Below are positions 20,541 to 30,894 of a stretch of DNA of 64,000 bases, one piece after another. The notes beneath the pieces were generated by a model. It was not told where the DNA came from, did not search any database, and saw only the letters and a list, made by a program, of their open reading frames with translations. Both the position numbers and the translations under genes were made by a program. Numbering within the stretch: position 1 is the first letter of the stretch; the number at the start of each line of letters is the position of its first letter. The DNA is from an uncultured delta proteobacterium (GTDB lineage: Bacteria > Myxococcota_A > Polyangia > Polyangiales > Polyangiaceae), in the NCBI GenBank assembly GCA_963716725.1, contig CAVQUB010000009.1, forward strand, positions 96,001-160,000, written 5' to 3'.

Positions 20541-21401
20541 TCAGGGGCGCGGCTCGGGCCTGTTCTTGGCGCTCCTCAGCGCGTGGCCGAGGGCGGAGCT
20601 GCCCCGCAGACACGCAAAACAATCGTCGCGGCGCTCAGGACCGCAGCCGTCTCGGCGGGTCAATCGCGCGAGGGCACGGAGCGCCCGCCGGTCGGCGACG
20701 CGCGCTGCTTCATCCACCAGGAGCGATGCGTCTTTACAGTCGGCGACACGCTGGAGATCGATGGCCACCCGCAGCGCGTCGGAGCTCTGCGCACGAACCT
20801 GGGGCGACAGCAAAAGTTGCGCCGCGGTCACCGAGAGCGCGCTTGCCTTCGGAGCGCTCCGCCAGACCGAGAAGATGAGGTCGACGCCGTCGGCGCCACC
20901 CGAGGTCGCCAGCAAACCCAAGGTCTCGATGCCGGTGTCGGCGCGCCGTGCGTGACTCGCGACCACCCGGCGCGGCGCCTCGGCCAGGCCGCCGCCGCTG
21001 CGATTGAAGATCTCGCGCAACTCTCCGAGGTCGCGCGCTCGCTGGCCCTCGGCAAGCGCGATGATCTCGGTCACGCTGCGGGTCTCCGCCGGCAGCTTCT
21101 CCAACTGCTCGAGGGCTCGCCCATCACCCTCGAGGGCCCGAGCAGTCACGTCATCGGCTGCCGGTGCGTCCTCAACGAGGACGGACGCGGAGCCCGGCGC
21201 CGCAGCGTGCTCCGTCGCGCTCGCTGGCGCGATGGACGCCGTGACGACCGAGCCCAGGATCGCGAGGAGCGAAGCGGCACCGACCCAGAGCGTCCAGCGA
21301 GCGGCCAAGGGCTCGAGGGGGACGACCGGTGGATCGGCTGCGTCGGGCCAGGCCACCGGGGCGATTGAGGAAGGTCCTTCAGGGGGAGGCAGAGCTTGCA
21401 T
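20541..21401 (-). CDS. Hypothetical single-TM protein with helical domain ending in GCG..DCFACLR
   Basis: TM helix WVGAASLLAILGSVV; Cys-bearing C-terminal motif. Confidence 0.6.
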   Translation of the reverse strand: MQALPPPEGPSSIAPVAWPDAADPPVVPLEPLAARWTLWVGAASLLAILGSVVTASIAPASATEHAAAPGSASVLVEDAPAADDVTARALEGDGRALEQLEKLPAETRSVTEIIALAEGQRARDLGELREIFNRSGGGLAEAPRRVVASHARRADTGIETLGLLATSGGADGVDLIFSVWRSAPKASALSVTAAQLLLSPQVRAQSSDALRVAIDLQRVADCKDASLLVDEAARVADRRALRALARLTRRDGCGPERRDDCFACLRGSSALGHALRSAKNRPEPRP

Positions 21402-21417
21402 GGTCGCGCTTTCTTGG

Positions 21418-22647
21418 TCAGGGCTCCGAGGCCAGGTCGGATACGTCGATGACGGGGATCGTCTCGTCGGGGGTAGGGCCGGCGATTTGCGGGCGTTCCA
21501 CGCGCCAACTCGCCACGCTTCGGCGCGCGGCGGGCATCTCCGGGCGCGAGCTGGCGACCCAGGCGGCGCTCGCCGAAGCGGCGATGGAGAGCACGAAACC
21601 GGCCGCAAGCACGGCGATCCAAGGCCGACGGCGGGCGGCGGAGCGGACCACCGCGGGGCGGGCCGGCACGAAACGCTCGACCGGACGCGCCGCCGCCACC
21701 AGCGCGGCCTGGATCTCACGAACGGTCGCACCCACGCGTTCGGGATCGGCGAAGCCCTCCGAGAACGCGATCACCGCGAGTGCATCGGCCACTTCGGCGG
21801 CGGAGTCAGGCCGGAACGATTGGTCACGGGAGAGACACCGACGAATCAGATCGCAGAGCTCGTCCGGGAGCCCCGCGCACACGGCGCGCAACTGCGGGAT
21901 CTCGGAGTAGACCACCGCCAGCATGGCTTCTGCCGCAGACCGCGATCGAAATAGTGGACGGTCCGCGAATGCCTCCCACGCCATCGCGCCGAGGGCCCAG
22001 AGATCCGCGCGATACGAGACCGAGTGGGGCTCGGTGAATTGCTCGGGAGCCATGTAGCCCAACGTGCCCTTCATGCATCCGGGTCGAGTGGCCGCTGAGC
22101 GCGTGCGCGCCCGGGCGATCCCGAAATCTACCAGCTTCGCTCGCCCGTCAAAGCCCACGAGCACGTTCTCGGGCTTCACGTCCCGGTGGACCACGGCGAG
22201 GGATCGACCCTCTCGGTCGCAGGCGTCGTGGGCGGCGGAGAGCCCCAGCGCCACTTGAGCGAGCACCGCCGCGTGGAAGCCTCGGGGCAGCACCACTCCG
22301 GCCCGCCGCGCGCGCTTGATGACCCGGGCGTAGGACCAGCCGTCGACGAGCTCGAGCTGTAGGTACGGCGTTCCACACCAGCTTCCCGTGTGAAATACCC
22401 GGGCCACGTTCTCGTGGTCGATGCAGCCGGCGATGCGCGACTCGTCGAGCAGCATGGTCACGACCCCTCGATTGGTCGCCACCTGGGGCAAGAGCATCTT
22501 CAACGCGATGCGGTCACCGCTGTGTTGGCCTCGTGCCGAGTAGACCGCGGCCATCGCGCCGCGACCGATCAAGGCCTCGACCACGTATCCGTCCACCAGG
22601 GCGCCCGGCGAAGGCAAGGTCGGAGGCTCTGCCGTGCTCGTGATCAT
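21418..22647 (-). CDS. Ser/Thr protein kinase with C-terminal TM
   Basis: GRGAMA, IALK, HRDVKPEN, DFG, YMAPE, DLWALG. Confidence 0.92.
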   Translation of the reverse strand: MITSTAEPPTLPSPGALVDGYVVEALIGRGAMAAVYSARGQHSGDRIALKMLLPQVATNRGVVTMLLDESRIAGCIDHENVARVFHTGSWCGTPYLQLELVDGWSYARVIKRARRAGVVLPRGFHAAVLAQVALGLSAAHDACDREGRSLAVVHRDVKPENVLVGFDGRAKLVDFGIARARTRSAATRPGCMKGTLGYMAPEQFTEPHSVSYRADLWALGAMAWEAFADRPLFRSRSAAEAMLAVVYSEIPQLRAVCAGLPDELCDLIRRCLSRDQSFRPDSAAEVADALAVIAFSEGFADPERVGATVREIQAALVAAARPVERFVPARPAVVRSAARRRPWIAVLAAGFVLSIAASASAAWVASSRPEMPAARRSVASWRVERPQIAGPTPDETIPVIDVSDLASEP

Positions 22648-22658
22648 GCCCAGGCTGA

Positions 22659-22674
22659 AGCACGGCCCGTGCCG
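22659..22674 (-). promoter_or_regulatory. Putative sigma54 -24/-12 promoter of the kinase gene
   Basis: Minus strand CGGCAC-GGGCC-GTGCT; ATG follows 12 nt after the -12 C. Confidence 0.45.
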
Positions 22675-22796
22675 CAGCCCGAAGCTTCGGCTGCGACGGG
22701 CAGTCGCGGACTTGCGAGGCGACGGGCCCGACGCTGGCCCTGCGCGTCAGACCAAGCTGGTCTGCCCCACCCGACCAGCGCCGTGGTGGGGCGACC

Positions 22797-23384
22797 TCAG
22801 CTACAGCTGATCTTCACCGTGCTGGATCCGAACATCACGTCGCCCTTGCACTGACTGGCGCAGCCCGCGAGCATGAAAGGTGACTTGGCGGACTCGGCGT
22901 CGTTGGCCGTGCACCAGGCGCGGCAGGCCAGGTGCTGTGCTTCGAAGCGGTCCTTTCCGGTTCCAGTCGCCGGCTTGCCGCCGTGGCTGAGGTCGGCGCG
23001 GCAACTCGACTTGCTGCCCGCCGCGCAATCGGTCTTGAGCGGCGCTGCGCCGCTCTTTGCCGCGGCGTCGCAGCGCACTTGGCAGGCCTTGACCTGCGGC
23101 GTCAAATGGATCGTCGTGATGGACTCGGCAGTGGCCGGCGAGCTGGGGTTGTCACGCTTCCACTGGTCAAACGCCGCGCGCACCGACGGGTCCCCCCACT
23201 GGCAGTACGCAATGCACGCGCCAACCACCGAGTCTTCCCGTGCTTTGGCCGGATCGCTGTGGGTGCCCAGGGAGCTGTGCCGCGTCGACGCGAGCTCGAC
23301 GGCGCTCACGCACTTGTGATCACTGCCACCGGACCTGCACGCGAGCAGAGCACAAAAAACTACACCGAAACCAATGCGCTTCAT
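22797..23384 (-). CDS. Cys-rich lipoprotein with internal duplication
   Basis: MKRIGFGVVFCALLAC lipobox; two ..A....AC..[YW]C...C...C units. Confidence 0.65.
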   Translation of the reverse strand: MKRIGFGVVFCALLACRSGGSDHKCVSAVELASTRHSSLGTHSDPAKAREDSVVGACIAYCQWGDPSVRAAFDQWKRDNPSSPATAESITTIHLTPQVKACQVRCDAAAKSGAAPLKTDCAAGSKSSCRADLSHGGKPATGTGKDRFEAQHLACRAWCTANDAESAKSPFMLAGCASQCKGDVMFGSSTVKISCS

Positions 23385-23465
23385 CAGACATGACAAGAAG
23401 CACAGAAGACCGCAGCCTCGCAACTGCGCGTTTTGCGCGTTTTGCGTTGCCCCGACCACCGCCGC

Positions 23466-24647
23466 TCACGGCAGACAGCAGACCGTGAACGCCGAGGTCG
23501 CGGTCACCGTCCCCGCCGCACTCGGCGACGACGGGATGCAATTGCCGGTCGCCCCGTGGTTGGTGACCAACAAGTAGCGGGTCTCGGAGCTCACTGCGTT
23601 GCTGACTTGGACCGGCGTGCACGAGTTCGAGAGCGTGGTGCCGGTGCCGGTGCAGACGCTGCCGTAATAGTCTTTCACGGTCCCGGTGCAGCTGAAGTCC
23701 GGTGTGCAGTCGCAACTGCAGCTGCGCGTATCGCTCGACACTGCCTTCAGCGTCGACTTGGCGGTGTAGGGTGAAGGACAGCTCAGGTTCCCAGGGGCAG
23801 AGATGCAGAGCCGCTGAAAAGGAGCCGCCGCCTTCTGAAGGCAGATTCCCGATCCGCAACCGCCTTGGCTGGCGGCCGCAGGCGAGCACAGACGGCCGGG
23901 CGTATTCCAGCCGACCGGGGGCAGGGTTGGAGTGCCGGTGAACGACGACGCGCAGGTGCTCGACGCGAGCGGCGTTCCGAGGTCGACGATGGCCGCGGTC
24001 GGATACGCACAGCCGGACGAGCAGTGCACGAAATTCCCGCTGGTGCAGGTGTTCGTGGCGCCGGACTTGGACCACTTCGGGGCTCCTGAGCAGGCGACGT
24101 CGCCGAAATAGTCCACGACGACAGGCGAGCAAGACACCGCGGGAGGCGGTTCGCATTTGCAGCTGACGCCTACACACGAAGCGGGCGGGGCGCTGAATGC
24201 ATCCCCTCCCTCGATGACTTGGGCCGGGTGCGTGCCGGGGCAAGCGCCGAGCCCCGGGGCCTGACCGAACACGAAGGGTCCTTTGAAATTGCCGGGCAGG
24301 GCCGGAGCGCAGACGAAGCCGGCGCTCTGACAGTCGGTGTCCGCACAGTCTATTGCGCCGTCTCCGTCGTCATCGACGCTGTTCGCGCAGTTCTCACCCG
24401 AAGTGGCACCACCGCCGCCCGAGGTCGTGCCGCCGCCCGAGGTCGTGCCGCCGCCCGAGGTCACCGCCCCGGTGCCGCCAGCGCCGCCGAACGTGCTCCC
24501 CCCGGCACCGCCGCTCGTCGAGCCCCCAGCACCACCCAGCGCGGCGGCGGTTTCGACCGCATCGTCGTAGGGGCCGTCAATGCCCAGAATGGCCGAGCAC
24601 CCGAGGGCCATCAGCCCCACGGCGATGAGCGGCGCGCGCGAAACCAC
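23466..24647 (-). CDS. Cys-rich lipoprotein (CSAILGID N-terminus)
   Basis: Lipobox LGC; Gly linker; CANSVDDDGDGAIDCADTDC acidic loop; many Cys. Confidence 0.8.
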   Translation of the reverse strand: MVSRAPLIAVGLMALGCSAILGIDGPYDDAVETAAALGGAGGSTSGGAGGSTFGGAGGTGAVTSGGGTTSGGGTTSGGGGATSGENCANSVDDDGDGAIDCADTDCQSAGFVCAPALPGNFKGPFVFGQAPGLGACPGTHPAQVIEGGDAFSAPPASCVGVSCKCEPPPAVSCSPVVVDYFGDVACSGAPKWSKSGATNTCTSGNFVHCSSGCAYPTAAIVDLGTPLASSTCASSFTGTPTLPPVGWNTPGRLCSPAAASQGGCGSGICLQKAAAPFQRLCISAPGNLSCPSPYTAKSTLKAVSSDTRSCSCDCTPDFSCTGTVKDYYGSVCTGTGTTLSNSCTPVQVSNAVSSETRYLLVTNHGATGNCIPSSPSAAGTVTATSAFTVCCLP

Positions 24648-24708
24648 GCCCCGACGTTAGCACGAACCGTGTTCACGCCTTGGCGGGTGGACCTTGCGCG
24701 AGCTCGAC

Positions 24709-25671
24709 TCAGAAGCGACCGCTCACCGACGCGGAAGCGATCCCCAGCGACACGCGTGGAGCGTAGGGGCTCGAGGCCGCGGGTCGGCGGTCCGAGCGGA
24801 GAAACAGGTAGGTCGCGACGCCGAGCGACGCGATGCCCACGCCGACGGAGACGGTGCTGATGGCGGCGAGGCTCTGGCCGCTGTCCACTGCGGAGCGCCC
24901 CTCCGCGTTGCAGACTCGATTCGGGCAGTTGTCCTCGATGCTCGACTTCTTGCCGTGGGCCAGAATGCCGGTGACGCCGCCGACGGCCAATCCGAGGAGG
25001 CCGACGCCACCAAAGGCATAGGCCGCCGTGGGAGGTCGAGCCTGCGCTGCCTCGGGCGCGGGCGCAGCGACGGGCGGCTCGACGGGCTCGTCACCTGCTG
25101 CTGCCTGCTCGATGACCAGCTCGACCTGCTCGCGTTGCGAGGCGCGGAGCACGAGGGCGCGCTTCGAGATGGGACGCCCGGGCGGAGCCACCACGACATT
25201 GACGGGACCCGGATCGACCTCGATGGGTTTGCCGACGAGCAAGGTCACGTCGCGGGCACCGAGCGTGACGCGCGTGCCCGGGACCCACTGCCCGCGGATC
25301 TGAACCGTGATCGACGCGATGCGCTGGGTGGCCAGGGCGCGCTTTCGGATGGCTACCGCCGCGCGGTCCGCGTGTTTGCTGGCTTCGGCCGGCGGCAGTC
25401 GCCCGACCACGTCGAGGAACTTCGCGTAGTTGTCCGCGGCCGTCTTGGCCTTGCCCCAACCGAATTGGCACTCTGCCAGCGTGAAGACGACGCCGGGCAA
25501 GGGATCGAGGGCGTAGCTCCGCTCGAGCAGCGGACAGCCTTCGTCGAACTTACCGGACAAGAAGGCGTCGACGCCTCGCTCGAACAACGCGTCGGCGCGC
25601 TCCTGCGCCCTGGCAGTGAGCGAGCACAAGCTGAGCCCGAGCGCGAGCCCGGTGATGCGGAGCGGACGCAT
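24709..25671 (-). CDS. Secreted TPR/PEGA-type protein with C-terminal hydrophobic hairpin, ends GRF
   Basis: Signal peptide; ADALFERG..CP..ERSYALDP..G..LAEC..GK..TA; C-x4-C between two Gly-rich helices. Confidence 0.8.
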   Translation of the reverse strand: MRPLRITGLALGLSLCSLTARAQERADALFERGVDAFLSGKFDEGCPLLERSYALDPLPGVVFTLAECQFGWGKAKTAADNYAKFLDVVGRLPPAEASKHADRAAVAIRKRALATQRIASITVQIRGQWVPGTRVTLGARDVTLLVGKPIEVDPGPVNVVVAPPGRPISKRALVLRASQREQVELVIEQAAAGDEPVEPPVAAPAPEAAQARPPTAAYAFGGVGLLGLAVGGVTGILAHGKKSSIEDNCPNRVCNAEGRSAVDSGQSLAAISTVSVGVGIASLGVATYLFLRSDRRPAASSPYAPRVSLGIASASVSGRF

Positions 25672-25689
25672 TCGAAGCGCACTCTACAC

Positions 25690-27207
<1,518 letters not shown>

Positions 27208-27304
27208 GGGTGAGTGTGGAAGAATACGGCACGGTGGCGACGGCTGGCCAGGTACACGCGAGATTGGGCCGCATCGGCCCTCGGAAACCGGTCTTGGCCT
27301 GGCG

Positions 27305-28216
27305 ATGAATCCCGTCGCTCCCGGCGAAACCGTAGGCGGGTACACCGTGGTCGAGGAGGTCGGACGGGGCTCCACCGCGACGGTGTTCCGCGCCCGCCCG
27401 GGCGATCACGGCCCGGACGTGGCGCTCAAGCTCCTGCGACCCGACCTGGCGCTGGTCGAGTCGGCGATGACGATGTTCGCCGACGAAGCGCAGATAGCAG
27501 CGCGAATCGTTCACCCCAACGTGGTGCGGGTTTTGGGCACGGGAGAGCACGATGGCGTGCCCTTCATCGTGCAAGAGCTGGTCGAGGGCTTCTCCTACGG
27601 TGAAGTGCGGTCGCGGGTGGCCGAGCTTGGGCGCAGCATCGAGCTTTCGACCCACTTGGCGATCTTGGCCCAGGCCGCCGAAGGCCTGCACGCAGCTCAC
27701 GAGACCCGGGACGAGCACGGCGCGCTCTCGAACATCGTCCATCGGGACGTCAAACCGCACAACATCTTGCTGGGGCTCAGCGGCCGGGTGAAGGTCGTGG
27801 ACTTCGGCGTGGCTGCGGCCCGCGACCGGAGCACGCGGACCGCGACCGGCGCCACCAAGGGCACCCTCGCCTACCTGGCGCCGGAGCAAATCCTCTCGCC
27901 ACGCGACGTGGATCGCCGGGCCGACCTCTGGGCCCTCGGCGTCATCGCCTGGGAGGGCGTCACGGGCCAACGGCTCTTCTTCGACAAGATGGACGGCGTC
28001 ACGATTTGGAACGTCGTGCACCGCGAGATCCCGCCCCTGGCCACCGACGGCTCGGTCCCAGAGCCCGTGCTTCGGGTCGTCGCGCGCTGTCTCTCGCGCA
28101 AGCGAGAGGGGCGTCCGCCGTCCGCCGCAGCCGTCGCCGAGGTGTTCGAGAGCGCTGCCGCCGCGCTGGGCGAGACCGGACTCGAACCGGTCGCGCGGCT
28201 CGCGCGATCGCTCTAG
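27305..28216 (+). CDS. Cytoplasmic Ser/Thr protein kinase (kinase domain only)
   Basis: VALK, HRDVKPHN, DFG, YLAPE; no TM. Confidence 0.92.
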   Translation: MNPVAPGETVGGYTVVEEVGRGSTATVFRARPGDHGPDVALKLLRPDLALVESAMTMFADEAQIAARIVHPNVVRVLGTGEHDGVPFIVQELVEGFSYGEVRSRVAELGRSIELSTHLAILAQAAEGLHAAHETRDEHGALSNIVHRDVKPHNILLGLSGRVKVVDFGVAAARDRSTRTATGATKGTLAYLAPEQILSPRDVDRRADLWALGVIAWEGVTGQRLFFDKMDGVTIWNVVHREIPPLATDGSVPEPVLRVVARCLSRKREGRPPSAAAVAEVFESAAAALGETGLEPVARLARSL

Positions 28217-28224
28217 CCTCGCGC

Positions 28225-28264
28225 TGGACTGGCGCGCCAGTCCATGGGCGGGCGCAGGAGTCCA
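28225..28264. promoter_or_regulatory. Putative activator-binding sites: perfect 20-bp palindrome plus adjacent degenerate copy
   Basis: TGGACTGGCGCGCCAGTCCA (28225-28244) then TGGGCG-N8-AGTCCA (28245-28264). Confidence 0.6.
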
Positions 28265-28304
28265 TCCAGCTCCGCAATTCGTGAAAAATCCCGGCGGATT
28301 GCCT

Positions 28305-28320
28305 CGGCACGGCGCCTGCA
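28305..28320 (+). promoter_or_regulatory. Putative sigma54 promoter
   Basis: CGGCAC-GGCGC-CTGCA versus consensus TGGCAC-N5-TTGC. Confidence 0.6.
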
Positions 28321-28347
28321 CAGATCGATGCTCGGAGGCACAATTCA

Positions 28348-29430
28348 ATGCGTTCGAGCTTCGGTTTTGCGGTTCTCTGGCTCGGGGTGGCAGCAGCGGG
28401 ATGTTCGACCAACCCACAGCAGGGAGATCCCACGGATCAGCCGGCGTTCTGTCAGAACTCGGTCCAGACCTGCTTCGAGTTCTGCCTCTGCGCCACGGGT
28501 GAAGTGGATCGCTGCTTCGACGCCTGCGAAGACGGCTCGGGCGGCGATCCCGGGGTCGGCGGAGGGCCGGGCAGCGGTGGTGGTCCTGGGGCCGGCGGCG
28601 GACCGAGCGGCGGCGGCGCCCCGGCGGGCGGCAACACGGGCAGCGGCGGCGCTTCGGCTGGCGGCGGCGCTCCCGGCGGCGGCGGCGCTCCCGGCGGCGG
28701 CAGCGCTCCGGCGGGCGGTGGCAGCCCTGGAGCGGGCGGTGCACCGACTGGCCCCAGCTGCGTCGGCCAGTGCGGCAGCACGCAGCCGGTGGCCGGCACC
28801 TGTTACTGCGACGGCGACTGTGCCAAGTACGGCGACTGCTGCGGCGACTACGCGGCGGCGTGCCAGGGCGGTGGCAGCGGGGGCGCGACCGGCAGCGGCG
28901 GCGCGACCGGCAGCGGCGGCGCCGCCGGCAACACCTGCGGCGGCTGGCCCGGCGGCACGCCCGGCGTCGCCATGAACAGCACCTTGCCGCAGAGCCTGTC
29001 GTGGCAGGGTTTCCGCGAGAACTCGTCGAGCAGCGAGACGGTCAGCATCCAGGACTACTACGACTGCGACGGCAAGAAGGGCATCACCGCGCTGATGATC
29101 ATCACGGGCACGCCCGGCTGCGGCGCGTGCAAGAGCGAGGCGGCGACGCTCGAAGGCAAGATGGGCACTTGGGCGGGCATGGGCATCAAGGTCATCACCC
29201 TGATGGTCGGGAGCGTGTCGACGGCGCAGACCTGGAAGTCCATGTACAACCTGAACAAGAGCGCCGTCTTGGCCGACAAGATGCCTCCGTCGATGGCCTA
29301 TTCGAGCAGCATCGGGACGCCGATGCACCACATCGTCGATCCGCGCAACATGAAGGTCATTCACACCCAGATGGGCGCGGGCGGGACAGCCTTCAGCAAG
29401 CTCGAGCAGCTGGCCGCCCAGAACAAGTGA
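28348..29430 (+). CDS. Lipoprotein: 6-Cys minidomain, Gly linker, somatomedin-B-like domain, thioredoxin/redoxin-like domain
   Basis: Lipobox AGC; SCVGQCG..CYCDGDC.KYGDCC.DY..C; CGAC..EA and GTP..IVDP; GGAGG RBS. Confidence 0.8.
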   Translation: MRSSFGFAVLWLGVAAAGCSTNPQQGDPTDQPAFCQNSVQTCFEFCLCATGEVDRCFDACEDGSGGDPGVGGGPGSGGGPGAGGGPSGGGAPAGGNTGSGGASAGGGAPGGGGAPGGGSAPAGGGSPGAGGAPTGPSCVGQCGSTQPVAGTCYCDGDCAKYGDCCGDYAAACQGGGSGGATGSGGATGSGGAAGNTCGGWPGGTPGVAMNSTLPQSLSWQGFRENSSSSETVSIQDYYDCDGKKGITALMIITGTPGCGACKSEAATLEGKMGTWAGMGIKVITLMVGSVSTAQTWKSMYNLNKSAVLADKMPPSMAYSSSIGTPMHHIVDPRNMKVIHTQMGAGGTAFSKLEQLAAQNK

Positions 29431-29431
29431 G

Positions 29432-30745
29432 TTAGCGGATCTGGTGGCGCTTGAGCAGCTCGATCAAATACGAGCGGTTCATCTGGCCGACGCGGGCCGC
29501 CTTGCGCACATTGCCTTCGGAGCGATCGAGCAGCGCTTGCAAGTAGCGCTTCTCGAAGCCTTCGAGCAGCTCGCTGCGTGCATCGCGATAGGGCCGACTC
29601 AGCACGCTCTCGATGATGTCTTCGGTCGCCCCGGCCTCGACGGAGGGAGCGGCCGAAGCGTCGACGGTTGGCTTGCGCCCCATGGCGAGGGCGGCGGCGA
29701 CCAGGTTCCGAAGCTCGCGCACGTTGCCGGGCCAGGAGTAGGCCTCGAGCTCGCGCATCACCTCGTCGTTGAACAGATCCGAGGCCTGCTCGGAGCCGCC
29801 CACTTCACGAATGAAGTGTTCGATCAGCATTGGCACGTCCTCGGTGCGGCGGCGCAGGGGCGGCACCTCGAGCACGACCACGCCGAGCCGGTAGAACAAG
29901 TCCAAGCGGAAGGTTCCCGAGTTGACGTCGCGACGCAGATCGCGGTTCGTCGCCGAGACGATGCGCACGTCAACGGGCACTTCCTCGCTGCCGCCGATTC
30001 GAGTGAAGCGGCGACGTTCGAGCGCACCGAGCAACGAAGCCTGAAGTGAGGGCGGCAACTCGCCCAGTTCGTCGAGCAGGACAGTCCCGCCATTGGCGCG
30101 TTCGAGCGCGCCGGCACGACGCTTGTCGGCTCCCGTGAAGGCGCCCCGCTCATGCCCGAAGAGCTCTGCGGCGAACACCGTCGGCGGAATGGCCGCGCAG
30201 TCGACGACCACGAAAGGCGCCTTGGCCCGGGGCGATTCGTCGTGGATTGCCCGGGCGATGAGCTCCTTTCCGGTCCCCGACTCGCCGATCAGGAGCACGC
30301 TGACGTCACTGGCTGCGAGTTTGCGGATGTCAGCCATCAGCCGGCGCATCACCGGGGCCTTGCCGCGCAAGGCGCCCAGTGTGTCGTCGTCGAACAAGCT
30401 CTGCATCACGACGTCGCCGTCTTCGACGCTGAGCGTCACATCGCCGAGCTTGAGCGTCGCCGGAAGCGAGAACGACACCGTCGAGTCGCGCACCATCACC
30501 GGACCGATCCGAGTGCCGTTGGTGGAGCCGAGGTCGGTCAAGGTTACCAAAACAGCGTCGCGTTCCAGGGTCAGATGAAAACGACTGACCGTGGGATGAG
30601 TAACGATCAGGTCGTTGCCCTGGGCGCCGCCCACCGAGATGCGCTCGCCGGAGAAGACCCGAGACTGCTCGGTGCCGCCCACGGTGAGCCGCATGGACAG
30701 CACGGGCATGCCCGCTGTGGCGGCGCGCAGCGTCGAATCCTGCAT
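29432..30745 (-). CDS. FHA-domain sigma54-dependent transcriptional activator
   Basis: VSRFH..DLGSTNGT (FHA), GESGTGKE, GAFTGA, FRLDLFYRL, WPGNVREL, Fis-type HTH. Confidence 0.95.
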   Translation of the reverse strand: MQDSTLRAATAGMPVLSMRLTVGGTEQSRVFSGERISVGGAQGNDLIVTHPTVSRFHLTLERDAVLVTLTDLGSTNGTRIGPVMVRDSTVSFSLPATLKLGDVTLSVEDGDVVMQSLFDDDTLGALRGKAPVMRRLMADIRKLAASDVSVLLIGESGTGKELIARAIHDESPRAKAPFVVVDCAAIPPTVFAAELFGHERGAFTGADKRRAGALERANGGTVLLDELGELPPSLQASLLGALERRRFTRIGGSEEVPVDVRIVSATNRDLRRDVNSGTFRLDLFYRLGVVVLEVPPLRRRTEDVPMLIEHFIREVGGSEQASDLFNDEVMRELEAYSWPGNVRELRNLVAAALAMGRKPTVDASAAPSVEAGATEDIIESVLSRPYRDARSELLEGFEKRYLQALLDRSEGNVRKAARVGQMNRSYLIELLKRHQIR

Positions 30746-30785
30746 GGACGCGGGACGCTACCAAAGTCCGCCGGGAGGCGTCGAA

Positions 30786-30805
30786 TGGACTCCTGAAGGA
30801 GACCG
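30786..30805. promoter_or_regulatory. Putative activator-binding site
   Basis: TGGACT-CCTGAAGG-AGACCG, resembles TGGACT-N8-AGTCCA at 28225. Confidence 0.5.
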
Positions 30806-30867
30806 GTGGTCGGGTGCAACATACCGCGCACGCCGCAGGCTTTGGCTCGAATCAGCAGCCTTTCGCC

Positions 30868-30883
30868 TGGCACGCAGGCTGCA
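30868..30883 (+). promoter_or_regulatory. Putative sigma54 promoter
   Basis: TGGCAC-GCAGG-CTGCA, one mismatch to consensus, beside a sigma54 activator gene. Confidence 0.7.
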
Positions 30884-30894
30884 AACGCCCGGGC

